Shown piece by piece: positions 17,034 through 25,092 of a DNA stretch of 27,510 nt. Source of the stretch: a virus (lineage: Duplodnaviria; Caudoviricetes). Positions within the stretch are counted from its first letter, which is position 1. Each line of letters starts with the position of its first letter. The stretch lies in the IMG/VR virus record IMGVR_UViG_3300046830_000005, positions 1 through 27,510 of that record; one strand, written 5' to 3'. A program made the position numbers and the translations under genes. Below the pieces are notes generated by a model. The model saw only the letters and a program-made list of their open reading frames with translations. It made no database searches and was not told the origin of the DNA.

Positions 17034-20031
17034 GTCGTCTATTATGGTATATGCCATCCCAGCTTCCTGAGATTATGGCGGTAGAAAAAGGGTCGGGGAT
17101 TTGTATTTGTAATGTATATTTCTCATTCTTACGTTGTACTGGTACTCGCACACTTTTAGCTAAGTCTGCAGGAGGCTCATCAAATACACTAGAATTAGAT
17201 AATATACCAGACTCAAATTGTACATAATCGTCTATGTCTTTAGTAACATTGCCACTAGCATCTACATAAGAGTATGGTGATGTTAGATGAAACTCTACAG
17301 GGCCACCTACACCTAACTCAAAGTTGATGCCAGATATTCTTAGGTCTCCATCAGTATCATATACGTTTTGACCTACGTTTAAATAGTATGTTGGTAGTTC
17401 TATAATACTTGTATACTTATATCCTACAGCAACCTTAGCTGCACTATGTAGGTTTATATTGTTAAATGTCACAGTATTACTACCTACAGCATCAGCTGCT
17501 CTAACAGTACCAGCTATAGGATTACCGTCACTGTCATTTCCAGACAACCCAACCATAAACAAATTAGTAGTGTTTGCAGGGGTATATGGTATTGTAAGGA
17601 CAGTTTTCTCTGGAGCTGTAGTTGTTTGAGCTGTGCCAGCTACGTTTGTAGCTATAGTCATGTTATCTAGATGTGCTTCAAACCATCTTGCTGTTTTAAG
17701 TGGAGAACCCACATCACTAGCAGTACCACCTAATACATAGGTTCTATTACTATTAGCATCTGCAACATACTCATATTTACATAATTTATAAGAGTTATCA
17801 TGTAGTGTAACTCCAAAAAAACTACCACCTGTATACAACATATGCTGTATTGTGCCTGTTAATGTCCAACTATACCACGCTGACTGTTCACGTTTCTGTC
17901 CAGTATTGTAGTATTTGTAGTGATATACTGTACTATCTCCTTTCTTACCATAAGTTACAATACCTACAGCTGTAGAATTAGCAGATTTTGTAATATCTTT
18001 TGGTAAAAATTCTGGTACAACCCTAGTTTGTTCTATGATCTGAGGTGGTGTATCATCATCTATAATAGTAGCTTCAAATGCTCTAGCATATGCTGCAACA
18101 TTAGAAGTAAATAATACTGATGTACCTAGATCAACTGGTTGTATAGTAGAATCACATTCATAACTAGCTACCTTTTTTAATCTAGCAGTCTTAGGGCTAA
18201 ATATATCTGACTCTGTAAATAATAAGAATTGACCATTATCACTAAACATCATCATACCTTTTTGTATAGGTAGTACATGATTAATAAATGCAGGTTTAAT
18301 ATCAGATACAGTTATATCAATAGGATTATCATCACTAGCAGATATAGCAGAGACAATAAAGAAATCAAAATAATTTCCTGGCTGGCTCATCACTACGTTT
18401 TCACCAGAAATAAAACCTAATCTGTTTCTGTGAAAAAACATTTGTTGTACTGTGCCACCAGTAAAAGTAGGGAACGGGTTAGATACATCATCACCCACAA
18501 ATCTTTCTTTCCAATAGTTAACATTGTTTTGACTATTAGCAGTAGCCTCATCTAATTTTATAAAAGTAAATGTACCATTACGATTATTGATAAGAGCATG
18601 TGGCATCGTTGCGGGGTCTAAACCTTTTAACATTGGGTCACTACCTGAGCCATCAAAATTGTGTGGCCTTACAGTTTCTTCCCAACTACCAGCTCCAGAC
18701 GTACCATTATCTGCTTCAAATTTTACATAGTAATCATCAGTATCTAAATCAGCAGTGTTAGATATTTGAGCTACATAGCCTTGTTTACACATAGCTGGTA
18801 GTCTACTAATATCCTGTGCCTTCTGACCTATGACACTCATGTTTTCGTTTACAGCACCACCAAGAAAGTTTACACCATCTGCAGCTGTACCATTGAGAAA
18901 TAAACCACTACCTATAACTTCAGCAGTCACGTTAGCTAAAGAACTATTAACAGCAGTTTTTAATCCAGTAAGAATAGTAGCCATAGATATAGCTCCATTA
19001 GTTGGATTCTTTGGTGTTTTAAAATAAGCTATGCCAGAGACATCTTGATATGTTGTCACTGGTTCAACAGCTTCAACTGATATTCTGTAAGTCTGCCCTT
19101 CCATAGCTACGTCTATAAATAAACCTTCAGCTGTAGATTGGTTTGTAGTTTTAATTAAACCACCATCTTTTAATGCAACTGTAGCTGTGTACCGTACATC
19201 ATAGTCTTGTGTGTATCCTAAAAAATTAGAAGACGCAGTACCGCTTCCATCATAGTTAGGAGTATTATTAGCAATGTAAGAGTTTCCATTTACTTGTAAA
19301 CTTCCTTCAATATTTTCTGTAATATTTGTACCACCTACTTCAGCACCAGATGTAGTAACTGCACTACCTCCAGTAAATGACCAAGTTAGTGTACCTGCTA
19401 AAGATTGATTTTCATTAGTGTCATTAAAGGTTGGCCCTTGAGCACTACCCCCAGACATCCTATCTACCTTTACAGAAGTAACCCTATAGAAAGTGTTGGG
19501 TGAGGGAGCTGTACCACTATATAATATATATTCAGTATTATAAGCAACGGTATCAAGCCTTGCATATGAGTAGTCTCCATTTAGAAGAGGGGCACTTGTG
19601 GTTGCAGTAGTTTTACCTACAGTCTTATTTGGGTTAGCTATAATAGTATAGTCTTGAATTGTAGTAACTGAATAGGCTGACGTAGCTCCAGCTAAATACG
19701 TAAATAACGAATCTCCACTAGAATTTGTCAAAGATTTTTCAGTACCATCTGCAAGATCCCATACTCTTATAGGCATGCCACCACTATTAGATGGTGTAAT
19801 CTGTACTATATATTTTTCATCTCCATCTCTTATAATATCATACCAATGACCACTAGCAGTAGCATTAGTAAGAGTTCCTACAAACTCTGCAGGAGGACGT
19901 TTCTTCAAACCAAATGTAACATCTGGAACAGCGTTATCACATACTCTTAACTGTCCTGGAAATTTTATCTTATCTGGCTGTTGAGATACACCCCCTAGAA
20001 AGTTTGGAATACGTTGGTTGATTGCTGCCAT
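17020..20031 (-). CDS. Tail tubular protein B / nozzle (gp12-like)
   Basis: MAAINQRIPNFLGGVSQQPD...GLKKRP N-terminus, TMPHAL, W.ER.VGDD.SNP.PTF, FFHRNRLGF and QSAWY.W motifs. Confidence 0.95.
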   Translation of the reverse strand: MAAINQRIPNFLGGVSQQPDKIKFPGQLRVCDNAVPDVTFGLKKRPPAEFVGTLTNATASGHWYDIIRDGDEKYIVQITPSNSGGMPIRVWDLADGTEKSLTNSSGDSLFTYLAGATSAYSVTTIQDYTIIANPNKTVGKTTATTSAPLLNGDYSYARLDTVAYNTEYILYSGTAPSPNTFYRVTSVKVDRMSGGSAQGPTFNDTNENQSLAGTLTWSFTGGSAVTTSGAEVGGTNITENIEGSLQVNGNSYIANNTPNYDGSGTASSNFLGYTQDYDVRYTATVALKDGGLIKTTNQSTAEGLFIDVAMEGQTYRISVEAVEPVTTYQDVSGIAYFKTPKNPTNGAISMATILTGLKTAVNSSLANVTAEVIGSGLFLNGTAADGVNFLGGAVNENMSVIGQKAQDISRLPAMCKQGYVAQISNTADLDTDDYYVKFEADNGTSGAGSWEETVRPHNFDGSGSDPMLKGLDPATMPHALINNRNGTFTFIKLDEATANSQNNVNYWKERFVGDDVSNPFPTFTGGTVQQMFFHRNRLGFISGENVVMSQPGNYFDFFIVSAISASDDNPIDITVSDIKPAFINHVLPIQKGMMMFSDNGQFLLFTESDIFSPKTARLKKVASYECDSTIQPVDLGTSVLFTSNVAAYARAFEATIIDDDTPPQIIEQTRVVPEFLPKDITKSANSTAVGIVTYGKKGDSTVYHYKYYNTGQKREQSAWYSWTLTGTIQHMLYTGGSFFGVTLHDNSYKLCKYEYVADANSNRTYVLGGTASDVGSPLKTARWFEAHLDNMTIATNVAGTAQTTTAPEKTVLTIPYTPANTTNLFMVGLSGNDSDGNPIAGTVRAADAVGSNTVTFNNINLHSAAKVAVGYKYTSIIELPTYYLNVGQNVYDTDGDLRISGINFELGVGGPVEFHLTSPYSYVDASGNVTKDIDDYVQFESGILSNSSVFDEPPADLAKSVRVPVQRKNEKYTLQIQIPDPFSTAIISGSWDGIYHNRRHVRR

Positions 20032-20669
20032 TACATCCTTCTTAATACTTTGAATGGTTTGTATACGGTATTAGCATCTTGTTGATACTGATAGTCGTTA
20101 AATATATTATGATCTGATTGCTTCATTTCGTACTCTACCGCTAAAGCCCTCGCAGCAGCTTCATCTGTCTCTAATAACTTAGCAGATGGCTGGCTGTTTA
20201 CCATACGGTTAGAGGCGATTCTGGAAGCTCTGGTGGTAATGTAGTCCTTAAATGCTTGTGGTAAATCTTCAAAGTCTACCATCCAAACAATGTCGAAATA
20301 TAATTTACTGCAATTTTGGAATGTAAATGTATGACCTTTTTTATCGTATACTTTTAGTACACCATTATCACTACGCCTAACAACATCATAGTCTTTACCA
20401 TGTTGAAAGATGTTAAGGTCTAATTGTAGTACATTGTTAGGTATAATACATTGGTTGTTTGTGTCGAGGTCTATTGGATATTCGTTCTCTGTGTTGTATG
20501 ACCATCCCTCAGCTTGTATCTCACGGCAGACTTGCCTTAGAGTCTTCTGTGCTATAGCCACTTCGGGGCTTTGCACCGTTAATGTATTAACTGGGGTCTC
20601 TCCAACGCTCATCAGGATTGAATTTACAGCATCTAGTTCGGTAGACACTCCGTAAGATATTTGTGCCAT
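20031..20669 (-). CDS. Tail tubular protein A / adaptor (gp11-like)
   Basis: TELDAVNSILMSVGETPV...IQAEGWSYNTE...FEDLPQAFKDYIT.RA motifs; follows the capsid gene. Confidence 0.95.
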   Translation of the reverse strand: MAQISYGVSTELDAVNSILMSVGETPVNTLTVQSPEVAIAQKTLRQVCREIQAEGWSYNTENEYPIDLDTNNQCIIPNNVLQLDLNIFQHGKDYDVVRRSDNGVLKVYDKKGHTFTFQNCSKLYFDIVWMVDFEDLPQAFKDYITTRASRIASNRMVNSQPSAKLLETDEAAARALAVEYEMKQSDHNIFNDYQYQQDANTVYKPFKVLRRM

Positions 20670-20671
20670 AT

Positions 20672-20695
20672 AAAAAAGGGGGACACGAAGTCCCC
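20672..20695 (-). terminator. Intrinsic terminator after the major capsid gene (T7 Tphi-equivalent position)
   Basis: Minus strand reads GGGGAC-TTCGT-GTCCCC followed by C and TTTTTT, immediately before the gp11 start. Confidence 0.85.
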
Positions 20696-20709
20696 ATATA
20701 AATGAATAA

Positions 20710-21879
20710 TTATGAGAAAGCTGATGGCTTTGTAGTTGTTCCTGCGAACAATTCTACACAAGCTGCAGGATTCACGTAATCTGCTCCCATAGCTAGTCTT
20801 CCTAGGATGACATCGCCTTGGTAAACAACAGAAACATCACCAGAAGTTACTTGAACTTGTGGGCCGATTGTTTCTACTACACCTGCAGCTTCTCTTTGGA
20901 AGATAAGTCCGCATGTGTTTGCAAAGTTAGAGGCAGCACCGTAGTTCTGACGAGCTCCGTAGTTGTTGCCTGTAGCTGTATTAGCTGTTTCGATACCTTC
21001 AGATACGAATGAACCTGTATTTCCAGGATCGCTTGTAGCAAGGTCAGTCCCAGCTGATGCACCAGAAGATGGAGCATACTTAGTACCATACTTAGAGAAG
21101 AATGGAGCGTTCATTGACTTGTAGATTTGAATACCTGCAATTTCAATTACACCATTTCCGCTTTGTAAAGATGTACCTTGTACGTCTCTGTTAATTAGTC
21201 CGTTAGAACCTGCACCTTTTATAAGTGAATAGTACTGACGTGGGTTTAGTACGGCAACCCGACCATCATCAGAAACTCCTTTTTCATCTAAAGCTGCTGC
21301 AGCATCATAAAATGCTGTTACAAGTTTATCATCATCAAGAGCATCGTCAGCGTCAGAACCTGCACCAACTTGAATTTGTGTACCACCTGGCTCTACAAAT
21401 CCTGTTAGGGATACTGGAGAAGCCTGTCTAGCACCTTTTGCTATAGCTCTGAAGATAAGTCTATCATACTTTTGAGCAAGAGCATATCCAATCTTCTTGG
21501 AAATTTCTCCTCTCATTTCATAGTGTGCTAGTGTCTCATCTAACTCATATACAAATGCAGAACTGATGAGTAGATCATCAACTGTAATAGTTTTTTCTGC
21601 TATTGGAGGAGTTTTGTCAGAGTTTCCTAATATACTGTTGCCAGGAGTGTGGTATTCCGCACTTGTGCGTCCAGTATAGATGAACTGCAAACTCTTACCG
21701 TTGGTAAGTGTACGCTTCATAACGAGATCTCTAGCTATAGTCTCCCTTTGGAAGCCAGTAAACATCTCGCCCGAAAATAATTTAAGATATAAATCTCTGT
21801 TATTTGTAGCGTTAGTCGCAGTATTTATCCTACCCAGAAAGGTTTGTGAGCTAGGATTATTTGTTGACTGTTGTGCCAT
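20710..21879 (-). CDS. Major capsid protein (gp10-like)
   Basis: LYLKLFSGEMF.GF...RTL.NGKSLQFIYTGR...EKTITVDDLLISSAFVYELDE.LAHY..RGEISKKIGYALA..YDR is a cyanopodovirus capsid signature. Confidence 0.97.
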   Translation of the reverse strand: MAQQSTNNPSSQTFLGRINTATNATNNRDLYLKLFSGEMFTGFQRETIARDLVMKRTLTNGKSLQFIYTGRTSAEYHTPGNSILGNSDKTPPIAEKTITVDDLLISSAFVYELDETLAHYEMRGEISKKIGYALAQKYDRLIFRAIAKGARQASPVSLTGFVEPGGTQIQVGAGSDADDALDDDKLVTAFYDAAAALDEKGVSDDGRVAVLNPRQYYSLIKGAGSNGLINRDVQGTSLQSGNGVIEIAGIQIYKSMNAPFFSKYGTKYAPSSGASAGTDLATSDPGNTGSFVSEGIETANTATGNNYGARQNYGAASNFANTCGLIFQREAAGVVETIGPQVQVTSGDVSVVYQGDVILGRLAMGADYVNPAACVELFAGTTTKPSAFS

Positions 21880-22053
21880 TATTTTTGTAGGTTATATGTA
21901 TCGTCTCTAGATCTAGAATTGTTAGAATCTTAAATGTATCAGCTAAGACTCAAGCTGTTTGTAGGTCTATCCCTACCGTCCAGACGGCAAAAGGTGTCTC
22001 CGTAGAGGCTTTTACCAATTAGAGGGGAGTCCGACTCTGAGGTGCTCCCCCCC
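21880..22053 (-). promoter_or_regulatory. Multi-hairpin structured leader of the capsid gene
   Basis: Stems on the minus strand: GGGGAG/CTCCCC (22050-22024); GGTAAAAG/CTTTTGCC enclosing CTC-TACG-GAG (22016-21986); CCGTC-TG-GACGG; GTAGG-GATAGA-CCTAC; CAGCT/AGCTG; and a perfect palindrome TCTAGATCTAGA (21906-21917). Confidence 0.55.
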
Positions 22054-22060
22054 GTTTCAC

Positions 22061-22114
22061 TTACTTAACAAATTTTGTGTAAGTGATGCCACGATAAACG
22101 AAAGTTACTTTCAT
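22061..22114 (-). CDS. 17-aa YRG-motif micropeptide (DUF4278-like 'downstream peptide')
   Basis: Hand translation MKVTFVYRGITYTKFVK*, with a GGAG Shine-Dalgarno 6 nt upstream. The YRG..Y motif characterises peptides that follow Downstream-peptide RNAs. Confidence 0.8.
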   Translation of the reverse strand: MKVTFVYRGITYTKFVK

Positions 22115-22129
22115 GGTAATCTCCATCTA

Positions 22130-22182
22130 CCTAAGCCCCGTTCCATGCTTAGGTTTCATGCGTCCCGAAGGATGAACGGACG
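22130..22182 (-). ncRNA. Downstream-peptide RNA / glutamine-II riboswitch-like element
   Basis: Minus strand CGTCCGTTCATCCTTCGGGACGCATGAAACCTAAGCATGGAACGGGGCTTAGG. It has a CGUUCA 5' motif, a UCC-UUCG-GGA hairpin, and a 7-bp CCUAAGC/GCUUAGG stem whose loop GAACGG is complementary to the 5' CCGUUC. It sits directly upstream of a YRG peptide. Confidence 0.8.
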
Positions 22183-22188
22183 TGACTA

Positions 22189-23268
22189 TTAGCCTAGTGC
22201 AGGTGCTGTAAGAGCTACAGAAGTAGATTCAGCAGACGCTAGGTCTAATGGGAAGTTGTGTGCATTTCTTTCGTGCATGACTTCCATTCCAAGGTTCTGT
22301 CTATTAACAACATCAGCCCATGTAGGAATAACTTTACCATTAGTGTCAACTATTGACTGGTTAAAGTTAAAGCCATTAAGGTTGAAAGCCATTGTGCAGA
22401 TTCCCATACTTGTGAGCCATATGCCAACCACGGGCCAAGCACCAAGAAAGAAATGTAAAGCACGAGAATTATTGAAAGAAGCATATTGAAATATAAGTCT
22501 ACCAAAGTAACCGTGTGCAGCTACGATGTTATAAGTCTCGTCTTCTTGACCAAACTTATAGCCGTAGTTCTGAGATACTTCTTCTGTTGTTTCCTTAAGG
22601 ATTGAGGAAGTAACCAAACTTCCGTGCATAGCAGCGAAAAGAGCTCCACCGAATACCCCAGCAACACCGAGCATATGGAACGGGTGCATAAGGATATTGT
22701 GTTCTGCTTGGAATACAAACATGAAGTTAAAAGTACCAGAAATACCAAGAGGCATACCATCACTGAAGCTCCCCTGTCCAAAAGGATAGACAAGAAATAC
22801 TGCTAGTGCAGCTGATACTGGAGCTGAGTAAGCTACGCATATCCAAGGTCTCATCCCTAGTCTATAACTAAGTTCCCATTGGCGTCCCATGTAAGATGCT
22901 GCACCGATAAGGAAGTGAAAGATGACAAGTTGGTATGGCCCACCGTTGTAGAGCCATTCGTCAAGGGTTGCTGCTTCCCAGATTGGGTAGAAGTGCAAGC
23001 CGATGGCGTTTGATGACGGGACAACTGCCCCTGAAATAATGTTGTTTCCATAGAGAAGAGAGCCAGAAACTGGTTCACGAATCCCGTCTATGTCAACAGG
23101 AGGTGCAGCGATAAAGGCGATAATAAAACAAGTTGTAGCAGCCAGTAAGCAAGGGATCATAAGTACACCAAACCAACCAACATAAATGCGGTTGTCTGTG
23201 CTTGTTACCCACTTGCAGAAACTCTGCCAGTTATTGGTTGTTTCTCTTTGTAATGAGATTGCAGCCAT
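22189..23268 (-). CDS. psbA: Photosystem II reaction centre protein D1 (phage auxiliary metabolic gene)
   Basis: Unmistakable D1 sequence. Y161, D170, E189, H190, H198, H215, S264, H272, H332, E333, D342 and A344 are all intact; Q130 is present. Confidence 0.99.
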   Translation of the reverse strand: MAAISLQRETTNNWQSFCKWVTSTDNRIYVGWFGVLMIPCLLAATTCFIIAFIAAPPVDIDGIREPVSGSLLYGNNIISGAVVPSSNAIGLHFYPIWEAATLDEWLYNGGPYQLVIFHFLIGAASYMGRQWELSYRLGMRPWICVAYSAPVSAALAVFLVYPFGQGSFSDGMPLGISGTFNFMFVFQAEHNILMHPFHMLGVAGVFGGALFAAMHGSLVTSSILKETTEEVSQNYGYKFGQEDETYNIVAAHGYFGRLIFQYASFNNSRALHFFLGAWPVVGIWLTSMGICTMAFNLNGFNFNQSIVDTNGKVIPTWADVVNRQNLGMEVMHERNAHNFPLDLASAESTSVALTAPALG

Positions 23269-23406
23269 TTAATTAATTTGTATGTGTGAACATTCCTTCT
23301 CCACTTTAGAGAGAAAAAAATTTATAAGATTAAGTTGAGATTGTCTATCCAGACTCTCATCAGTTAAGACCCCGATCTTAGCAAGCTCGAAGTCAAAACA
23401 CGACAT
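23269..23406 (-). CDS. Hypothetical 45-aa protein between hli and psbA
   Basis: MSCFDFELAKIGVLTDESLDRQSQLNLINFFLSKVEKECSHIQIN, preceded by a GAGGTGG Shine-Dalgarno. Its stop abuts the psbA ATG. The longer 95-aa version in the ORF track overlaps hli. Confidence 0.6.
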   Translation of the reverse strand: MSCFDFELAKIGVLTDESLDRQSQLNLINFFLSKVEKECSHIQIN

Positions 23407-23437
23407 CTTCCACCTCGTATGAGAGTCGTAGTATGGA

Positions 23438-23614
23438 TTACCAGATTCCTGGAATGATTTGTCCTGTGAATATGTAGGAGCCGAGAGCAGCAACAAAGCC
23501 AAGCATGGCAAACCTGCCATTAGTTTCTTCAGCAACGTGCCACTGGTCGTGTTCATGGTTATGGTTCATAGGTCTTGGGGGTGTTTCGTTTGGAAAAATG
23601 TTCTGTGGTGTCAT
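23438..23614 (-). CDS. hli: High-light inducible protein (Hli), 58 aa
   Basis: Hand translation MTPQNIFPNETPPRPMNHNHEHDQWHVAEETNGRFAMLGFVAALGSYIFTGQIIPGIW*. It has the AE..NGR.AM.GF chlorophyll-binding motif and the TGQIIPG C-terminal motif. An alternative start exists at 23569. Confidence 0.95.
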   Translation of the reverse strand: MTPQNIFPNETPPRPMNHNHEHDQWHVAEETNGRFAMLGFVAALGSYIFTGQIIPGIW

Positions 23615-23708
23615 GTTGTTTTGATGGTATATTATTCCAATGACGTATAACGCCAGAGCAAATAAATAGGTTTGTAAGTAAAGTTAGATAGATATATAAA
23701 TCTTTCAA
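23559..23708 (-). CDS. Small putative membrane protein (49 aa, TTG start)
   Basis: Hand translation MKDLYIYLTLLTNLFICSGVIRHWNNIPSKQHDTTEHFSKRNTPKTYEP*. The hydrophobic segment ending TN.FI..GVIRHW resembles a small cyanophage family as I recall it. Confidence 0.55.
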   Translation of the reverse strand: MKDLYIYLTLLTNLFICSGVIRHWNNIPSKQHDTTEHFSKRNTPKTYEP

Positions 23709-23858
23709 TTATCTTTTCTTAGCGGTCTTAGCAGACCTTTTAAAGTTTGCTTTTGTAGGAGCTCCTTTGCTCCCTACCTTTCTCATCTTCTCACCAGAGC
23801 CAGCTGCGATACGCTTTCTCTTGGCGTGTATGTTTGCATACAATCCTCGTTTAGCCAT
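23709..23858 (-). CDS. Small highly basic protein (49 aa)
   Basis: Hand translation MAKRGLYANIHAKRKRIAAGSGEKMRKVGSKGAPTKANFKRSAKTAKKR*; 17 K/R residues. It starts 1 nt after the upstream stop. Confidence 0.8.
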   Translation of the reverse strand: MAKRGLYANIHAKRKRIAAGSGEKMRKVGSKGAPTKANFKRSAKTAKKR

Positions 23859-23859
23859 G

Positions 23860-24108
23860 TTAGCATTTCCATTTACGTAGTGCCAAAGCTTTACGGGTTG
23901 GCTTACCGTTGGGCTTTTTCATTGGCCCTTTGACTCCTTTCATGCGAGCACAGAAGGAGCGTTTACGAGCACCACCTTGAGGTTGTGGGGCTTTTAGATT
24001 TGAGCCAGTAGCTCTGTTATATTTTTTCCTACCAGCTGCTGTCAGTCCACCTGAGCGAGACTTATGCTTACCCATTTTAAGACTGACACTTTTCTTTTTG
24101 ACAGCCAT
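23860..24108 (-). CDS. Small highly basic conserved marine phage protein (82 aa)
   Basis: GGLTAAGR.KYNR.TGSNLKAP...RKRSFCARM.G...LALRKWKC; no acidic residues; TAATG-coupled to the upstream ORF. Confidence 0.85.
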   Translation of the reverse strand: MAVKKKSVSLKMGKHKSRSGGLTAAGRKKYNRATGSNLKAPQPQGGARKRSFCARMKGVKGPMKKPNGKPTRKALALRKWKC

Positions 24109-24230
24109 TACTTTTTCTTATTACCTAAGATTTTTTTACGTACAGCTGCAGGTAGTTTTGACATACCCTTGCTCATCTTCTTAGCAGGTCTACCTTTCTT
24201 ACTTCCGTAAGTCCCTTTTCCCATCGGCAT
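24108..24230 (-). CDS. Small highly basic protein (40 aa)
   Basis: Hand translation MPMGKGTYGSKKGRPAKKMSKGMSKLPAAVRKKILGNKKK*; 14 K/R and no D/E. An AGGAG Shine-Dalgarno overlaps the scaffold stop. Confidence 0.75.
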   Translation of the reverse strand: MPMGKGTYGSKKGRPAKKMSKGMSKLPAAVRKKILGNKKK

Positions 24231-24241
24231 TTTTTTAACTC

Positions 24242-25090
24242 CTATACTTTTAAGTTTGATGCGGATAATTTTCTGATGACATCATCTCTGAACGCTTCAT
24301 CATTTTGGTATTCTGGTTTATTCATATCTCTGACAACCTCTGCCATACTCCTGTAAGTTTCAGTAGATGACTCTTTGCCAGTAACTATTTTGGAATCTCG
24401 TCCTTGTGAATCTTCGTATTGTCCCATAAGTGCTTTGACTGCGAATTGTATTGCTGTTTTATTTGCTGTTTTAAGCACAGCATCATAATCATCTTGTGCT
24501 TGTTTTTCTAAGTTATTACCAGCCCACTCCATAAGAGCGTTGTAGCCTTCCTCACCATTTGCAATACTTTTGATTTCAGAAATTTCAGTTTCATTTAATA
24601 CTGGTTCAGCAGCCTGTATGCCAGTTTCATTCCTAACTCCAGTAAGGTAATTATCAACAACTTCTTTGTTTAAACCTGCCTTACCTAGTTGAGCATACAT
24701 ATCTTCACTTAATGTACCTTCATTCTCTGCAAAGTATTTGTTCATTTCAAATGGGTCAATACTATTATCTTTAAATAAAGAACCTAGTTGTTCACCATAC
24801 AATTCATTTGCAGTGTCATAATTCACAGCTCCATCATCTGAATACATTTGATATTCTGACTCAGGTTCAGCTGCAGTAGTTTCTGATGCAGGTTCCGACT
24901 CACCTAATTTTTTCTGTAGTTCAAGGTAAGCTGCCTCTAAATCTTGAGGATTCTTATATTTTCCAGCAAGCATTTTATCTTGCTTAGACATAAGTTCTTC
25001 ACCGATCTTTAACGATTCAGCTTCTTTTTCTGCTATTGCTTGTGCTGCTACAGGATCATCTGATGTGTCGTAGCGGATTGTTTCTGCCAT
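24242..25090 (-). CDS. Capsid assembly scaffolding protein (gp9-like)
   Basis: Acidic, with LAGKYK...DLE.AY.ELQKKLG, G.EGY..LM.WA..NL and YRSMAEV..DM..P.Y..D.AFR..V..KL..S motifs; follows the portal gene. Confidence 0.93.
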   Translation of the reverse strand: MAETIRYDTSDDPVAAQAIAEKEAESLKIGEELMSKQDKMLAGKYKNPQDLEAAYLELQKKLGESEPASETTAAEPESEYQMYSDDGAVNYDTANELYGEQLGSLFKDNSIDPFEMNKYFAENEGTLSEDMYAQLGKAGLNKEVVDNYLTGVRNETGIQAAEPVLNETEISEIKSIANGEEGYNALMEWAGNNLEKQAQDDYDAVLKTANKTAIQFAVKALMGQYEDSQGRDSKIVTGKESSTETYRSMAEVVRDMNKPEYQNDEAFRDDVIRKLSASNLKV

Positions 25091-25092
25091 AA

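Noticed and set aside
20696-20760. T7 10A/10B-style frameshift extension of the capsid protein
   Set aside because: No slippery sequence is evident near the stop, and a terminator and the gp11 start follow within 40 nt, leaving no room for an extension domain.
22189-23268. Rogue or microaerobic D1 variant, or intron-split psbA
   Set aside because: All Mn-cluster ligands are intact, G80/F158/T286 are standard, and the ORF is uninterrupted.
23407-23556. N-terminal 50 aa of the 95-aa ORF 23269..23556 (looks like a signal peptide)
   Set aside because: It is an alternative frame of the clearly genuine hli gene; an internal ATG at 23406 has a strong SD.
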